A DNA stretch of 64,000 nt, from assembly GCA_039545335.1 (NCBI GenBank), contig BCIN01000001.1:434001-498000 (forward strand), in the 5' to 3' direction. Under the pieces are notes generated by a model. The model had not been told where the DNA came from, made no database searches, and saw nothing but the letters and a program-made list of their open reading frames with translations. Below are positions 37,367 through 50,323 of the stretch, one piece after another. A program made the translations under genes and the position numbers. Source of the stretch: Kondoa subrosea. Its lineage: Eukaryota. Numbering within the stretch: position 1 is the stretch's first letter; each line of letters opens with the position of its first letter.

Positions 37367-40300
37367 ATGAGCAGAGTGCGTCCTCGCAATTTGCAGATTA
37401 CGGATGGTAGAAGCTCAAATAAAGCACATTACAGTCGCACAAGGCTGACTTGTACATTCATGCTCTGGATGAGGCTAGACGCAAGGGCAGATGGAATGAA
37501 TCTTTAGCTAGTGTTGGTTCCCCCGATCAGCGTGCTGTCCAGAAGAGATGTATTGACAAAAGCTTCGGTCTGGTTAATACAGCCCAATACCAAAGGTGGT
37601 CTGCCTTGGCCGGAACTTATCAGAAAGTATCGAAAACACAACCCTTCAGAGACTTGTACGCTGCGCTCGCCTCGCTGAAAGATCTTTACTCATGCTATGC
37701 GGTATTAGTAACGGGTTTGACTGCTGAAGCAGAGCAAGTCGTTCAGGCAGGCCTACATCAAGCCAAAGTTCAAGTTTTCTTCGATGACGACAAGTCGTAC
37801 GAAGTAGATTTCGGTCTAGCGTCTTTCCCAAGAAAAGACAGTCCTGGCAAAGGCAAAACAGTCACTTCTTTAGTCTTTCCTCCAATAATACAAGGGAATC
37901 GAGCAGAAAGTACCAAAGCTAAAGCGGCAGAACTCAGGGCGTTATTAGAGCAGCAGCCTGAAAGTTCTTCGCTTTCGAGTGCTCAATTCGTTTGTTCCAT
38001 GAACCTGAGCAGACATCAGAATACTCAGTATGATTGTAAACAGGCTGCCTCTATCGTCTTGGCCCTCGCTGACTACGCTGTTGGAAACTTTGACGAATCT
38101 TTGCGACTTCTTGATGCTTTGGCACAAGATACCACAACTAGAAAAGATCATGATGCAGACTTACAATTGCAAGGATGTTTACTGCAAGGTGAGTAGATGC
38201 TACACATCTGAAGCTGCAATTTGACAGCGGCTCTACAAGGTCTTCTTTTTGAGCGAAAGCAAGATCATGTTCAAGCCGTCGAAGTATACTCGCGCGGCGC
38301 AGCGCTATATGAGGCCTCTACAGATCGGAAATCTACGACGAACAAAGAGTACCTTAGAATAGGAGAAGAAATCTACTATCGTCGAGCCCTTCTCACTTTT
38401 AACCTCAATCCTGCTCAGTAAGTTACCGTTACCCATACTCAATCTATCTCACGCGGAACAGATCTATGCTATACCACCGCGCGCATCCTGTCGTACCATA
38501 CCTTCCTTTCAAAAGATGTACTCTCCTTCGCTCTTACCTTCGTTTGCTCTATAATTCGACTTCTCCAAATTTTGAAGAAATCAGAACTGTACAAGATTAT
38601 TACAATACACTGCTCAAGAAGCACACCAAAATGCCAAAAGCTGGAACAATAAATTCACGAGTTACTGATTTTGTCGATCGAGTTTACGAAGGCTGGAAGC
38701 TCCTGCACACAATTCGACCGCAAGCAGACACTGTCAGCGAAACTTTACGCTGCATCACTATCCTAGAAGATGCTATTGCTCTGACTTTCCATTCTCATCG
38801 GATTCTGAGACATCTCATGCGCATGCATATCACTGTTTCCGATTACATGCTCGCTGAGAAGAACTTCAAACTCTATGTTCAACTATGGGAGAAGGCCAAA
38901 GAAACCAACTTGATCAATGTAACAAGACAAATGCGAGTGATACGAAAACGAGCAGCGGAAGAAGAGCGAACAGGCATTCGGAACACTGTGGACGAGATTG
39001 ACTATGAAAAAGAAGATGATGTAGACAATTTGACGATTGATGAACAACTTGATATTGATTCAACTGAAACCTACTTGGAAGCTGTTGTAGATGGTGTTCG
39101 ATTGTATTGCAAGTACATGAAAGGCGCACAGTGGTGGAAGGATGAGAAACCTTGGATATCAGCAGTCCGGCATTCAGATCGCGCAGTCGAACTTGTCGAG
39201 GAGCTGAAGCCCAAGAACGATGTACTCAAGGGAAAATGTTTGCGAAGTAAAGGCATCGCGCAAGCTTACATTGCTCGAGAAGGTCAGTGTAAGATCTACG
39301 CAGTGCTCCAGACGTTCTAAGCGCCTATTATCTATCTATAGAAGCGGATCCAGATACTCGACAAGAACATCATACAGCTGCGCTAGAAGCATTTGACCAA
39401 GCCATGCAACTGGATCCTTCCTTCGATACATTTTATCATGCTGCCTTCACGCAAGCCGAGCTGCGACAGATCGAAAAAGCCAAAGTCAGCATCAACAAAG
39501 CACTGCAGTTACGGCCTCGGAATCTGGAGGCGCAGCACTTGTCCATTCTTCTGCTAGCAACCAATGAACGTGAATACAGAAATGCTTTAGCTCTATGTAC
39601 AACTGTACTGCAACAAGGCACTGTTCCAGTCAAAGCCACAAACACAAACGGAGTGGACACCGATCCACCTAGAACCAAGAAAATCTCAGACGAACTACCC
39701 AACGGCGACTTACAGAGTGCTCCTCTTTCGAAACGTCAAACTGAACAATCTATCGAGGAAAATAGCGAAGATGTCACCAAGCAGAAGAGCATTGGTCCAA
39801 CTGAAATGGGTACCGCTGCTGATCCTCCATCGGCAACTGTCAAAATGTTCGCTCCGCCGCCTTCAATACAAGTAGGGGAAGAAGGGCAGACCTCTTCCAC
39901 TATCTTGCCTCACCGCGAAGATCCTGCAACACCGCATAGATCGATTGCGGAAATTGATGCGGCGGTACAAATCTGGCTGACGCGGAATGCACTGATCGAG
40001 CTCAAAGATGGAAGGGCTGCTGCCCAAAAGAACCAAGTGGAGATGTATGCCCATTTCATTCAAGATATAATCCGGATAGGACATTTGGATCGTGAGCTTC
40101 ATTTATGCTTGGAAAAGTCATAGTACTTATGTATTTACGTTCAGCTTCGGTCGAACTATCTAAGTATCCCTATCCTGCGGATAGCATGATTCCACCACTT
40201 CCTGTAAAAGAAGAAGACTCAAGGAAACAGCCGCAACCAATTGACCTTGGTCGACGGAAACGTAGCTTGGTTTTCCCTTCTCATTTTCCCACTCGCTGAC

Positions 40301-41119
40301 ATGATATTCTTTCTACACAGGAGACACACTATCGAATGCTACAAGTCCAAAACGGCACTTCTCGCTCCGTTCCGCTTTCTCTGCCTCGCGGCATTCGCTC
40401 CGATCTACTTCAGGCGCTAATACGCCTTTAGGTATGACTCAAAGTCAGCGAGGTACTACTTCAACAGTCAATGTAGATCGGACCTTGAGTCGAACACCAA
40501 CTTTACAAACATCTCATGGCGCTCCTGCCGCAACGCCTACACCTGCGAAGGACGAGACGTTGCAGCTTAAAGCAGATAAGAAGCAGGCCAGACGCTGGAT
40601 GAGTGCCATGTGGCTGTTGGCAGCTGCTGTACATCGGCGAGATGGGAAACTGCAACTGGCTAAAGGAGCTACAAAAGAAGCTGAAGTTTACGTACAGAAG
40701 AACGCAGAGCTTTTTACTCAGGTCAGTTGCCTACTTCTACAAAGGGTTGGTTGCATATTAATACAGAGTGAGAACAGGCTGGTCTGATTTTGAAAGCGGA
40801 AAAGAATACTGAAGAGGCTTTGGATGCGTTAGAAACTGCGCTCTACCTAGAGATGGATTATCCTCCAGCTTCGGTCCATAAAGCATGGATTTACTTGGAA
40901 GAAGAAGAAATCCAAGCCACCCTTTTAGCGGAAGGTGAAATGGATATGCTCACTCAAACCAATGGATGGGATATTTCAGAAGCTTGGTTCTTACTTGCTC
41001 AAGCTTATAAAAGAACGGATCGAAAACAAAGAGCGATTGAAACTTTGGAGTTTGCTTTGAAACTGGATATGTCAAGACCGATTAGAGAAGTGGTTCTGGC
41101 TCTTCCTAGAGTGTTGTAG
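37367..41119 (+). CDS. TPR-repeat scaffold, Ypp1/TTC7-like
   Basis: N-terminal LDEARRKGRW, TFHSHRILRHL, several TPR helices and C-terminal GWDISEAWFLLA...ALKLDMSRPIR. Confidence 0.8.
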
Positions 41120-41287
41120 ATGGGTTGTTGGTATCCATAGAGTAGAAATACATTAATACTAGTAATACCAAGTAGCACTTTATTCACAATCTAGCCAAAC
41201 ATCTTCCGTCTGATCAATCAAATGAAAGCATATCAGACACCACTTAAGCTTGAAGTAAATTTGAACGCACTATCTCATCGTATCTCC

Positions 41288-41599
41288 TCACAGCGGCTTA
41301 GCAGGCAACATAGTCAATAACACCTTATGCCTCCTCTTGACTTGTACTCTCTGTCGACTGAATTTGTCGTCTGGAGAGAATCGAGCTGGATGTGCTGATT
41401 TTGTAATTTTACCAGTGGCAGTCTTTTTCTATTGATGAGAAGAGCTATGATCAGCTTGTCTGCTCGCATTCAAGTTTGGTTGGAAGGATTCACTTTCAGG
41501 GTGTAAGTGCGAATTCCACGTTCATCGGTAGTGTATTGAAGCTGAGGGTATTGTAAGCCTGAGGATAGCTGCAGAGATGCAGAAGGGGCTTACATGCAT
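41288..41599 (-). CDS. NOP10: H/ACA snoRNP subunit Nop10 (3 exons; absent from the ORF track)
   Basis: Spliced product [64 protein letters not shown], containing the signature [11 protein letters not shown]. Confidence 0.95.
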
Positions 41600-41815
41600 C
41601 TTTTGATTGCTCCCTCGTTGCGCTGAGCAAGAAGCAAAATTTCGAAAATAGCGAGGTTGACCTGCAACTGATGTCTGAAGCCAGCCTGGTATTCGTGAAA
41701 CTCGGAGAACAATGGAAACCCTCAATAAATCTACATTATAACCCAAAAACGATACAGTGTAAACCCCCAAATTCGTAAACCCCAAGTTCTAAGTACACTG
41801 TACAACACATGATAC

Positions 41816-43116
41816 CTATTCCCCAATATAGACAAACGACACTGCATTGCGCGTCATTCTTTGCCAACAAAACTCAATGATCAGCCGACTATCAGCTATT
41901 GATGAAGGGGCAAACTCACCCAACACCTTTAATCCTTTCACCAGTAACTTGCAGAGCAATCACATAGCTTACTTCACAACAAGTACTCTTGATATCCACT
42001 TCCCCATCCTCAATCTTAATACTACCAGTAAACATCTTTTCCTCTTTACTTGCGCCCGCTTTCAGTTCTATAGTACCTTGAACCATCCCTTCTCCAGTTG
42101 ATTTCCATTCTTCTCCCTGCGATGGTTTCTCAGGTCTTGTAATCGTTCTTCTTAAGAGATAAGTTTTGAACAAAGGTTTGAGATTATTTAGTACAGAGTC
42201 TTTATACAACAAGGAGAAAGATTCAGCCAAGGTTCGAAAAATACAAAGACAGAGAGAGTAACGTACGATGAGGTGGTTCATGACCTGGATCAGTAACTAC
42301 TGAATAAGTAGCAGAATATTCAATCTCGCTCAAATTGCCAGACGGAGGTAATTCTAATCTTCTTGGAGTTGTGAAATCGACTTGCAACCAAAATGGGGTA
42401 CCCGTATAACCTAGTGGAACAGTAAAGGTCGTAGTCTTGGTTTCTTCGTACATTGGTAAAGAATCGATTAAGCTTTTGACTCGAAAAGTTTGGGTTTCTT
42501 TCCTGGAAGGCAAAGGTAATCGGCAATGAGATTTAATACGCAAAGTGAAGAAAAAGGGAGCATACTTGTTAATTTTAGTCATCCCATTCCTTTTGACTTC
42601 CGCTTCTATCGAATAAATGATATCCAACCTCTTTTGCGCAACCAAAGGTAGTTCGAACGAAGAAGGTAAAGGTAAATCAGGTCTTTCATCTTGTTGATGA
42701 GTAGGTAAATCGAAAAAGAAAGGAATCTCCATATTAGAAGGAGCTGAATCTTCCGCAGGCGGTTTCCCATCTTTCAAATCTTCGCCTAAGTGGAAGCAAG
42801 TTTTAGACATTGAAAGAAAAGTATGTTGTTGCTCAAAAGTGACTGGTACAGAGGAACCGGCTGTGGGTCCAATGACTATAGCTGCTGTTTGCCAACCTTT
42901 TCTTTTATTGAGAACAGTGACTTTACTTTCGCCTTTGATTGCAATTGTGACAGTACGGATGGAAGTGAGGTTAGAGATGTGAAGACGCCCAATGAGTGTA
43001 TCGCCTGGGTAGTAGATTGCTTTCTCCAATGAGATCCTGATTGGGTTATTGAAGCTGTTGAGTTTGATCATCGGCAATCGCGGTGACGAAGGCGTCCGTG
43101 GAGAAGAAGAAGTCAT
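41816..43116 (-). CDS. Arrestin-like N-domain protein (alpha-arrestin-like)
   Basis: YYPGDTLIG, IAIKGESKV, IPFFFDLP, LPSSF, IIYSIEAEVKR; three introns inferred. Confidence 0.7.
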
Positions 43117-43427
43117 CCTTCAAGTCGTTTCACAGCAAGCAAAGGACAATATAGGCAGAGATAGTAAAAAGGAACAGGATGCGCCAAGCTTTGAGTCAAG
43201 GCTATTGCAGAGGGTAAATCATAATTGCTCAGTGTCCGCGGGTATCGTGTCTCCAGAGGTATATGAGGAACTCGCTCAATGGCGATCAAGCAGCTTGTTG
43301 CGGGATAACAAGCATAAACTCAATTTTGTCCCGCATCAACGGTTCTTGACTTGGAAGATTGAGGGAGGATTGTCAATATCAGTGGAGGCAAGCCAGATGA
43401 GGCTATTGACCTTGGGGAAAGCAAAGA

Positions 43428-45418
43428 ATGAGCGATTATGGCGAAGAGATTGAATGGACTGAATCTTTGATCGCGGAGCTGGATCAGCACATCGCTTCTT
43501 CTTCTTCTTCTGCTACTGGAATTCCGCAAGTACCTCCTACAGTCCAATCTGATCCCAAATCCCACGCGAATGACGTCTTCACATCCCAAGACTTGCTTCT
43601 TGATGATGCCGCAATCGAAGAAGAGTTGGCAGAAGCAGTCTCAGCTCTGCCAGTCGATACTCGTTCGCTGTTGGAAAGGTTCCGGCATGGAAGACTATCA
43701 GTGACAGACTTCTGTTCTCCTGTCGTTCGTCTACATTCCCCAAATGTATGTGTCGACTATGCTTACCCTCCCTTGGGTACAGTTCTGCGAAACAAAGTAC
43801 TGCTATTCTCTTCTCGGTCGACGTGATCTGAGTCCCTCGCAACGACCGACGCATGTCGTTCGAGCGGATGGCGCAACAATCGAAGTCAACAAAGGTAGGG
43901 TAGATTCGTTCATGTTAGGCATTGGCTAATTTCTCGAGAAAGCGCTGGCCCTAGCTGCTGACAAAGTTCTAAAGAAGGGAAAAGGTCAGTAATGGTCGGG
44001 GTTTCTGCTTCGTGCAGATTCAGCCTGATGCTTGCCGACAGAAATCCATGCCAAATTGGAGCAAGAGATTCAGCTCGAGACCGTTTACGTGCATACAACA
44101 AGTCGAGCTGAAGCTTTCTGCCTGCGGTCCGTTGTCGTGCATATTTACCAACTTATCCTAACTGTCACCTAGATTGTTGAATCTGGTCGTATCACTAAAT
44201 CAGCTCAAACAAGACGGTCTGGTAGTAAGTTTTCTCGGTTTGTACTTGTCATAGACACTAATCTACTCTGTAGCGAGAACTACCAGTTGTAAGTAATTCC
44301 AGCTTCTCGCCTTGTCTCGCATGTAACGGCTGTTAGTAGTTTGGATTCGTTGATGGTCTTTTAGTCAGAGGTAATTTACGCATGGAATGCCTCGGCCTAA
44401 GCTCATATCCAGCGCAGGCGTGATCGATGAAATCGAAACAAGACCTATTGGACCTTTACCCGAAGATCTAGCCAAAGACAAATCAAAGTTGGACCATTAC
44501 TTCTCTCCCAGCAAAGTGTCTAAGAAACCCACGCACGGTCATATGATAGTAGATCACAAGACTCGTTTCGCTCAAAAGATGCCTTCAGCTTCTTACTCCA
44601 AACCTTATAGAGTTCAATTGATGCTTTACAAAAAGTTGTTTGATACGTTAGCGACAGATGAATTCGATTGGAAAGGTTATTTATCGACTCAAGGGATAGA
44701 CAAAGAAGAAATCTTGTCGGATCATTGGATCGCTCAAGTGTTTCCTATCTTTTTATCTATTTCCAATTTCATTCAACCTCCTACTCTACGGTCCGTGGAA
44801 GCGATTTGTGAAATTACTAGACAAGCTTTCATCTCCCTTGGACCTTTACAAGACAAGATGGACCTGATTTATCGATCAAGAACAGCAAAGAAGGTTAATA
44901 AACCAAAGAAAAGCAAGAAAGACACTACATCATCTAAAAAAGAAGAAAGCTTGAAAGATCCTGTAGTAATATTGGATGAGGAAGCTTCAGATTTGGTAAC
45001 TGATTCCGCTATCAAAGTAGAAGAAGAAGAAGAAGCAATCGAATCTCAACAAGTTGTACCTCTCGTTCTTCCACCTTCTACACCTAAAACTTCTCAACAA
45101 TCTACTATTAGCACAGAGGAAGAAGTAGGAAGGATTATTGGCGTGGAAACTTTTGATTACGATGAGATTTTGTTGCAAGATTGGGTGAAGGACATGCTTG
45201 CTTTTTGGCGGAGTGAAAGAGAAGTAAGAGGGGCGAGTCTGTCCCTCCTTTAATTGTCGTTCAACAACTGATATGAGATGTCACAGGTGGAACTAGAAGA
45301 AGTACAATCGAAGTGCAGATCTTGCGAGTTTGAATCTGGGTGTGAATTCTTGGAAAGGAGAGCGGCGGAGATGGCTCAATTGAATAAAGAGAGGATGAAG
45401 AAGAAGCAAAAGGTGTAG
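43428..45418 (+). CDS. EXO5: Exonuclease V (Exo5/Dem1), 4Fe-4S PD-(D/E)xK 5' exonuclease
   Basis: LSVTD...FCE, G.EIHAKLEQE, RELPV|FG...GVIDEI, VDHKTR, VQLMLY, FWRSERE.RG and KCRSCEFESGC. Confidence 0.9.
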
Positions 45419-45513
45419 ATATCTAAATACTTCAATGTACAAAGTTGCCGCTCTTGCTCGTTTTGCGAGATTTCAAAGGCTTGTTTAGTACCGCCAAACT
45501 CGGATTGCCAATT

Positions 45514-46515
45514 ATGAATCCAGGTCAGTCCATGTTATTCTAGCATGCTCTGTATGCTAAGAATCGGTCTGTACGACAGCTATCCTGTGGGTTTACTGCT
45601 GTTCCAGCAATTTGCAAATATTGAAACAATTCGAATTACAGCAATCTCGTGGTGTCGCTCGGCCTGATGCAGGTCTCAAGGAAGATTCCCTTCGACAACG
45701 ACAGCGTCCTCATGGGTGTTCGAGGCTTCTACATTCTCTCGCAATTGATCCAGTTCGGTATTTTCTACTTCATCTCCCTCAAGGTGCGTTGTGTGCAAGA
45801 CACTGTCAGCTCAGGCTGATGCTGCTTGCATTCTTAACGCACAGGTCCAGCGAAAGAACGATACTACCAGTGCGTCGAAGGGAATGTGCGAGAAGGACTG
45901 ATTTGGGACTGACGTGTTGCACTCACAGCTCTCAAATACGTCGCACCTCCAGCTATGGGTGTGAGTAAATTCTCGTGGCAAGTCAGATTTCGCCTGATTC
46001 AGCGAGCGCCTTCTCACAGTCATCAGAGCCTGGAGAGCTAGTCACTACTACTGTTCGCGATTATGATCTGCAAGAGACTTCAAAAGGCGTGAGATCTGCT
46101 TTGATGGGATGCGCCATGATCGGCTTCATGCATCTCTACCTTGTCAGTCTTGCTTCCGGCCATTTCAATTTCGCTCATAGCAATCACAGAAATACACTCA
46201 ACCGTTGTTCATCGTACGGCGTTGTCTACATCGGATTGCTCTAGCTCATGAGTAATATAGCAATCGATCATGCCATTGAAGGCACTCTTCGATAACCAAA
46301 TGGTTCAGCTTCACATTTTAGGCAAACCAGCAACTGGTGATTTGGCTAGACCTTTCAAAGCTCCTCCAAGCATGTTTGGTGGTGCTTCTAGTGGACCAGT
46401 GACGGTTAGTCTGTCATCGAAGCTAGATTTGCATCAGTCTGATATTCTGTTGTAGGATCGGGCTGCTATTTCGGAAGCTGAAAAGCGCTCAGGTGCAGTC
46501 AAGAAGGACTTATAG
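45514..46515 (+). CDS. PHO88: Pho88/Snd3 ER membrane protein
   Basis: MNP..NL...MQVSRKIPFD, KND.T.LKYV, TTVRDYD, MHLY.KYTQPLFIQSI and GKPATGDLARPFK. Confidence 0.93.
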
Positions 46516-46814
46516 AGTCTGTAGTAGAAAAACGGGTATGCTCTGCAATGCTATGCTGCCTTTGCCATAGCATTGCCTATTGCTAATGTATTCATCAAGA
46601 TGCGATCGACGTGACTTAATGAAGCAGCAACAATGGTATGGATTAGATCAAAGGCCGCTTGTACTCTATATCTACTGCTCTACGTCTACTACCGATGATA
46701 CTGCCAAGTTTCAACCCTGTCTGGACTGCCTACTACGATCTCAGATTGAACAAACCGATGGTCGAGCGAGAGGCTCTCGGTTGCTCTACAGGATGTTGAA
46801 CTTCTCTGAAGTGA

Positions 46815-47546
46815 TCAGTCTGCCACCCTTTCATTGCTCCTTCCAGGAGGTGCTGCGATAGAAATCATCTCAGTTTTCTGCTCGCGCGCCATGCTTGCAC
46901 GAACTCTGACTGCATCGACCGCTTGTCTACCAAGCTTGCCCTTGATCTCATCGCTCTCTTCACATCTTATGAAGACTATGCCTTGGGCTACGAATTCTTT
47001 CACATGGAGATGATCCAGTAATAAACCATACGTCTTCTCCATTGAGTACGGGTAATCTTCCTTCTTGGCCAACCTCTTGAAGATGTTTCGAGCAGCCGTT
47101 TCCGCTACCTCGCCAAGGGGCCAGACATTGTCAGGAGAAACGCCTGTTGGATGAAGCCTGTTCTTGCATTCGATGATCCAAGCTATCAGCTAGACCTTCC
47201 TTGTTCAGCAGCGCCCGGTATACCGGCATGTTAAGATGACTGACTCTGGTTTCTTCCACAAAGTGAACCCTGAGATCGCTCTCTGGAGTCGTGCGCAAAA
47301 GCTTCCCGTGCTCCATTATTACATTGAGATGCTTCTCATACGTCTCTCGAGCTTCATTGAGCTCTGCTTCTTTCTTCCTTTGTTCCAATTCATGGGCTCT
47401 TTGCTCCAATTCATGGGCTCTTTGCTCCTGCACGGGATCATGCTGAGGACCAACTGATCCGCGATGATCAGCTGATCAGACCGTCCGATTATTAGAGACG
47501 TACCGATTAATTTCTTCTTCAGTCTATCAGGAAGTTTGTTTAGCAT
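46815..47546 (-). CDS. Hypothetical small coiled-coil protein (two inferred introns)
   Basis: ORF fragments join in frame through GTACGT..CAG and GTATAC..AAG introns; contains an EQRAHEL heptad repeat. Confidence 0.45.
47378..47428. repeat. 21-bp coding tandem repeat (about 2.4 copies)
   Basis: CTTTG(T/C)TCCAATTCATGGGCT x2 plus a partial copy, encoding EQRAHEL repeats on the minus strand. Confidence 0.9.
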
Positions 47547-48232
47547 GGCTCTGCTGTTATAATGCATCAGATAGAGATCTAATTGTATGCTTCGTGCTCG
47601 TACCGACGGCTGTCTTCCGGTAAATTCATATTATCGCTAGGCTCAATTCAAGTGATTGAGTTGAGGCAAGAAGAAGAAGAAGAGATAAATCGCTCAAAGA
47701 TATGCCTTGACAGAACAAAGGGCTGACTAAGAGCTACGGCGTTCCAATCAATGACTTGCCGGTAGATCTTTGAGCATTGTATAGGCATGGTTTGAAGGCA
47801 ATAGCACAGAGCGAGCTACAGACATGCAAAAGACAGACAGAAAGACACGTCTGGAGCAAATTCGGTTGTCTCCATGAATAGGAAGACGGCAGAGTCAACA
47901 GCAAGCGCATAGACAGCCTGCAGAGTGCATACAGCGAATCATACGAGGCATAGAAAGGAGAAATTGCGAAGAAATGAACAGATATGTAGGATTTAGAGGC
48001 CTGCATTTGTTCTGCTTCTAGTCGGCGCAGAGATTCGCATAGGGCAGTCTGGTACAGGAGCAAAGCGACTTAAGCACGCCGTTCGCCTCCAACCCGATAA
48101 TCAGCCAAGTTCAGATGTTGCACTCTTACCACGACAGTACACTCTCTACAGCCTTGAATCTTCACTTATCACACAGCCTCTACGGTAACACGGTCTAATA
48201 ACAGCTTCCCTCTTTCATTTCCATTGCCCAAA

Positions 48233-49165
48233 ATGTCATTCTCCATGAATCCTCAGACTGCTCCCGCTGGCAAGTAAGGGAGACCTCTTATACGCGTATG
48301 GACAGGATACTGACGTTCCACAGCATCTATTCGGCTTCTTCTATGCACAATCCTTCAAATTCTATCAATGGCTATCAACCTGCGATAGTACCCATCATCT
48401 CTCGTCAGTGTAGACTCGGCGATACCATGCTCATGCTTACAATGATCTCTCTTAGGCCCGATTTCAACCACTCGAATTCTGCTTCTTTCTGGTTTCGCAA
48501 CCGACTTGAAAACGAGGGATATCTTGCAAGTCTTTTCAGAATGGGAAGATATGGCAGGAGGTTTCCGTGTGAAATGGGTAGACGATCAATCGGCTTATAT
48601 AGTCTTTCAAGATCCTTTAGTCGGTGCGTTCTAATTTTTGGTTTACATTTGCTTCTGTCTCTTACTTCTATATCGCTACGAACAAACAGCCAAGAAAGCT
48701 TTCCTAGCTACATTATCAAACATGCCCGCTTCGTTAGCTGGATCAATAGATAACCCTTCACAACCAGCAGCGAAACTCTTACCTTACATTGGAGGGGAAA
48801 CCGAAACTATTCTTTCTTCAATCGCTAACCGACCTCGTTCTCGATCTATCTCTCAACAACCACTATCATCTTCTACTGGTGCAGGAGGAAATGGAAGTGG
48901 TCATACTAGACGTTTATCGTCATCAGCAGGTCAATCAGGTCATTTGAGACGAAGCAGTCAATCCAATAATCAAAGTGGTGCGGTCTTCAAGAACGGTCCA
49001 CCACCTTCTTCTGGAAGAGTTGGGTTAGATAAAGAAGCGTCTGGAAGATTTATTGCTGGTGCTTTAGGAGCAAGTAGCAGCGCGAATGGTGGAAGTGGAT
49101 TACCTTCTAGTACAGAAGAAATGACAAAGGAGCAAGAGGAGGCAGTTGATACTACTGAATCATAG
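48233..49165 (+). CDS. RRM-like protein (Thc1/R3HCC1-type RRM) with a Gly/Ser-rich tail
   Basis: Spliced RILLLSGFATDLKTRDI..VFSEW...GGFRVKWVDDQSAYIVFQDP.VAKKAFL. Confidence 0.75.
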
Positions 49166-49492
49166 TCTCACTTTGCATTGCGGATTTAGTCTTCGCGCAT
49201 GTATTATGGATTTAGCTGTATGATGCTTGACTAGACGGGCTTCGTTCTACGGAGTCTTTAAGTATCTCTCGATTCTCGCTGTGCTTCTGTGATAGCAAAA
49301 GGGCCAGTATGAACATACACAAGGATAAGAAAGCGCTATGAGACTTCACAGGCCTTGCGCGATAAGGACGGAAATGCAACAAACTAGCGCCTGAAGCGTC
49401 AATAATGCGTCTGGAAGGCTGTTCATATCATGTCTCGAGCTTTCGTTATCCATTCACATTCGCTCTTTGAACAACGTTTCCCTGCAAAGCAA

Positions 49493-50231
49493 TCAACCAA
49501 GACACAAACAGCCAGTGCAAAAGATGTACATAATCACCAGCATGCCTTTCATTGCTTCTTCTGACTGCTTGCGATCTCGTACTCTCATCCACAGCATACC
49601 AAGCTCGTTCTTTCCCGACGTTTGCTCATCTCGCGCAGCCCAAAACATGTCTAGTCCCATACATGAGCTTTCGGCGCTGAAATCGAAAGCGTTGACTAAC
49701 CTGGTCCTTCGCAGATCAATTTTCCTCTCCCAGTAACATTCAATTTCGCCTTCACATCAGGATGCTGCAATATTTTGATTTCGTTCAAGGCACGCATAAT
49801 GCACACATTCACTTCTAGCCAATCTTTCCGCTCGTGTTGCTTTAGTGTAAGAGCTGTTTCGGTTGCTTTTGCACCTGGTGGACGGATGACCTCTCTATGC
49901 AGCGGATCAAGAAACCGACATGCTTGAAAAGCGCATTCGCTATCGATGAGACATCAAACAGGTTGGTCGCTGGTACGCCCTAGCTTACACACTGTAAGCG
50001 CGGAAGCCAGCAATCAGCATGTCTGTAATTAGGGCTGTCCAAGACTCACTTGATGAAATGTAAACTACCAAGGTTGATGCCGTGAGGAGAAGAATAGAGG
50101 AGTTCAGAACGCTCTTCGACATTGAAATGAATTATAGGTCGTCTATGGAAAGGCCATTTGAGCTTCTTCCTTGGCTTTGTTCTCGATTGAGCAGTACTCT
50201 GAATAGCAGTATCAGTACACAATTCAGCCAT
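49493..50231 (-). CDS. NADAR (YbiA-like) domain protein, divergent; domain not visible in the ORF track
   Basis: Spliced LLYSSPHGI...NVECAFQACRF...RKDWLEVNVCIM....KILQHPDVKAKL..TG...LICEGPDMFWA....GKNELG.LWMRVRD, matching the NADAR pattern EHxFQAxKF / RxDW / KFxQH / DxFWG / GxNxLG. Confidence 0.8.
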
Positions 50232-50323
50232 CAGCGAGCGTGAAGACGAACCATTTGGTGCTAAGGAAAGAAGAAGAAGAAAGTTTGAGGTTTTCAAAAC
50301 ACCCAAGCACCGAAACTTCTTGC

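Noticed and set aside
9318..41599. ROK1, snR190/U14 and NOP10 as a ribosome-biogenesis cluster
   Set aside because: Spread over 32 kb among unrelated genes; chance proximity is sufficient.
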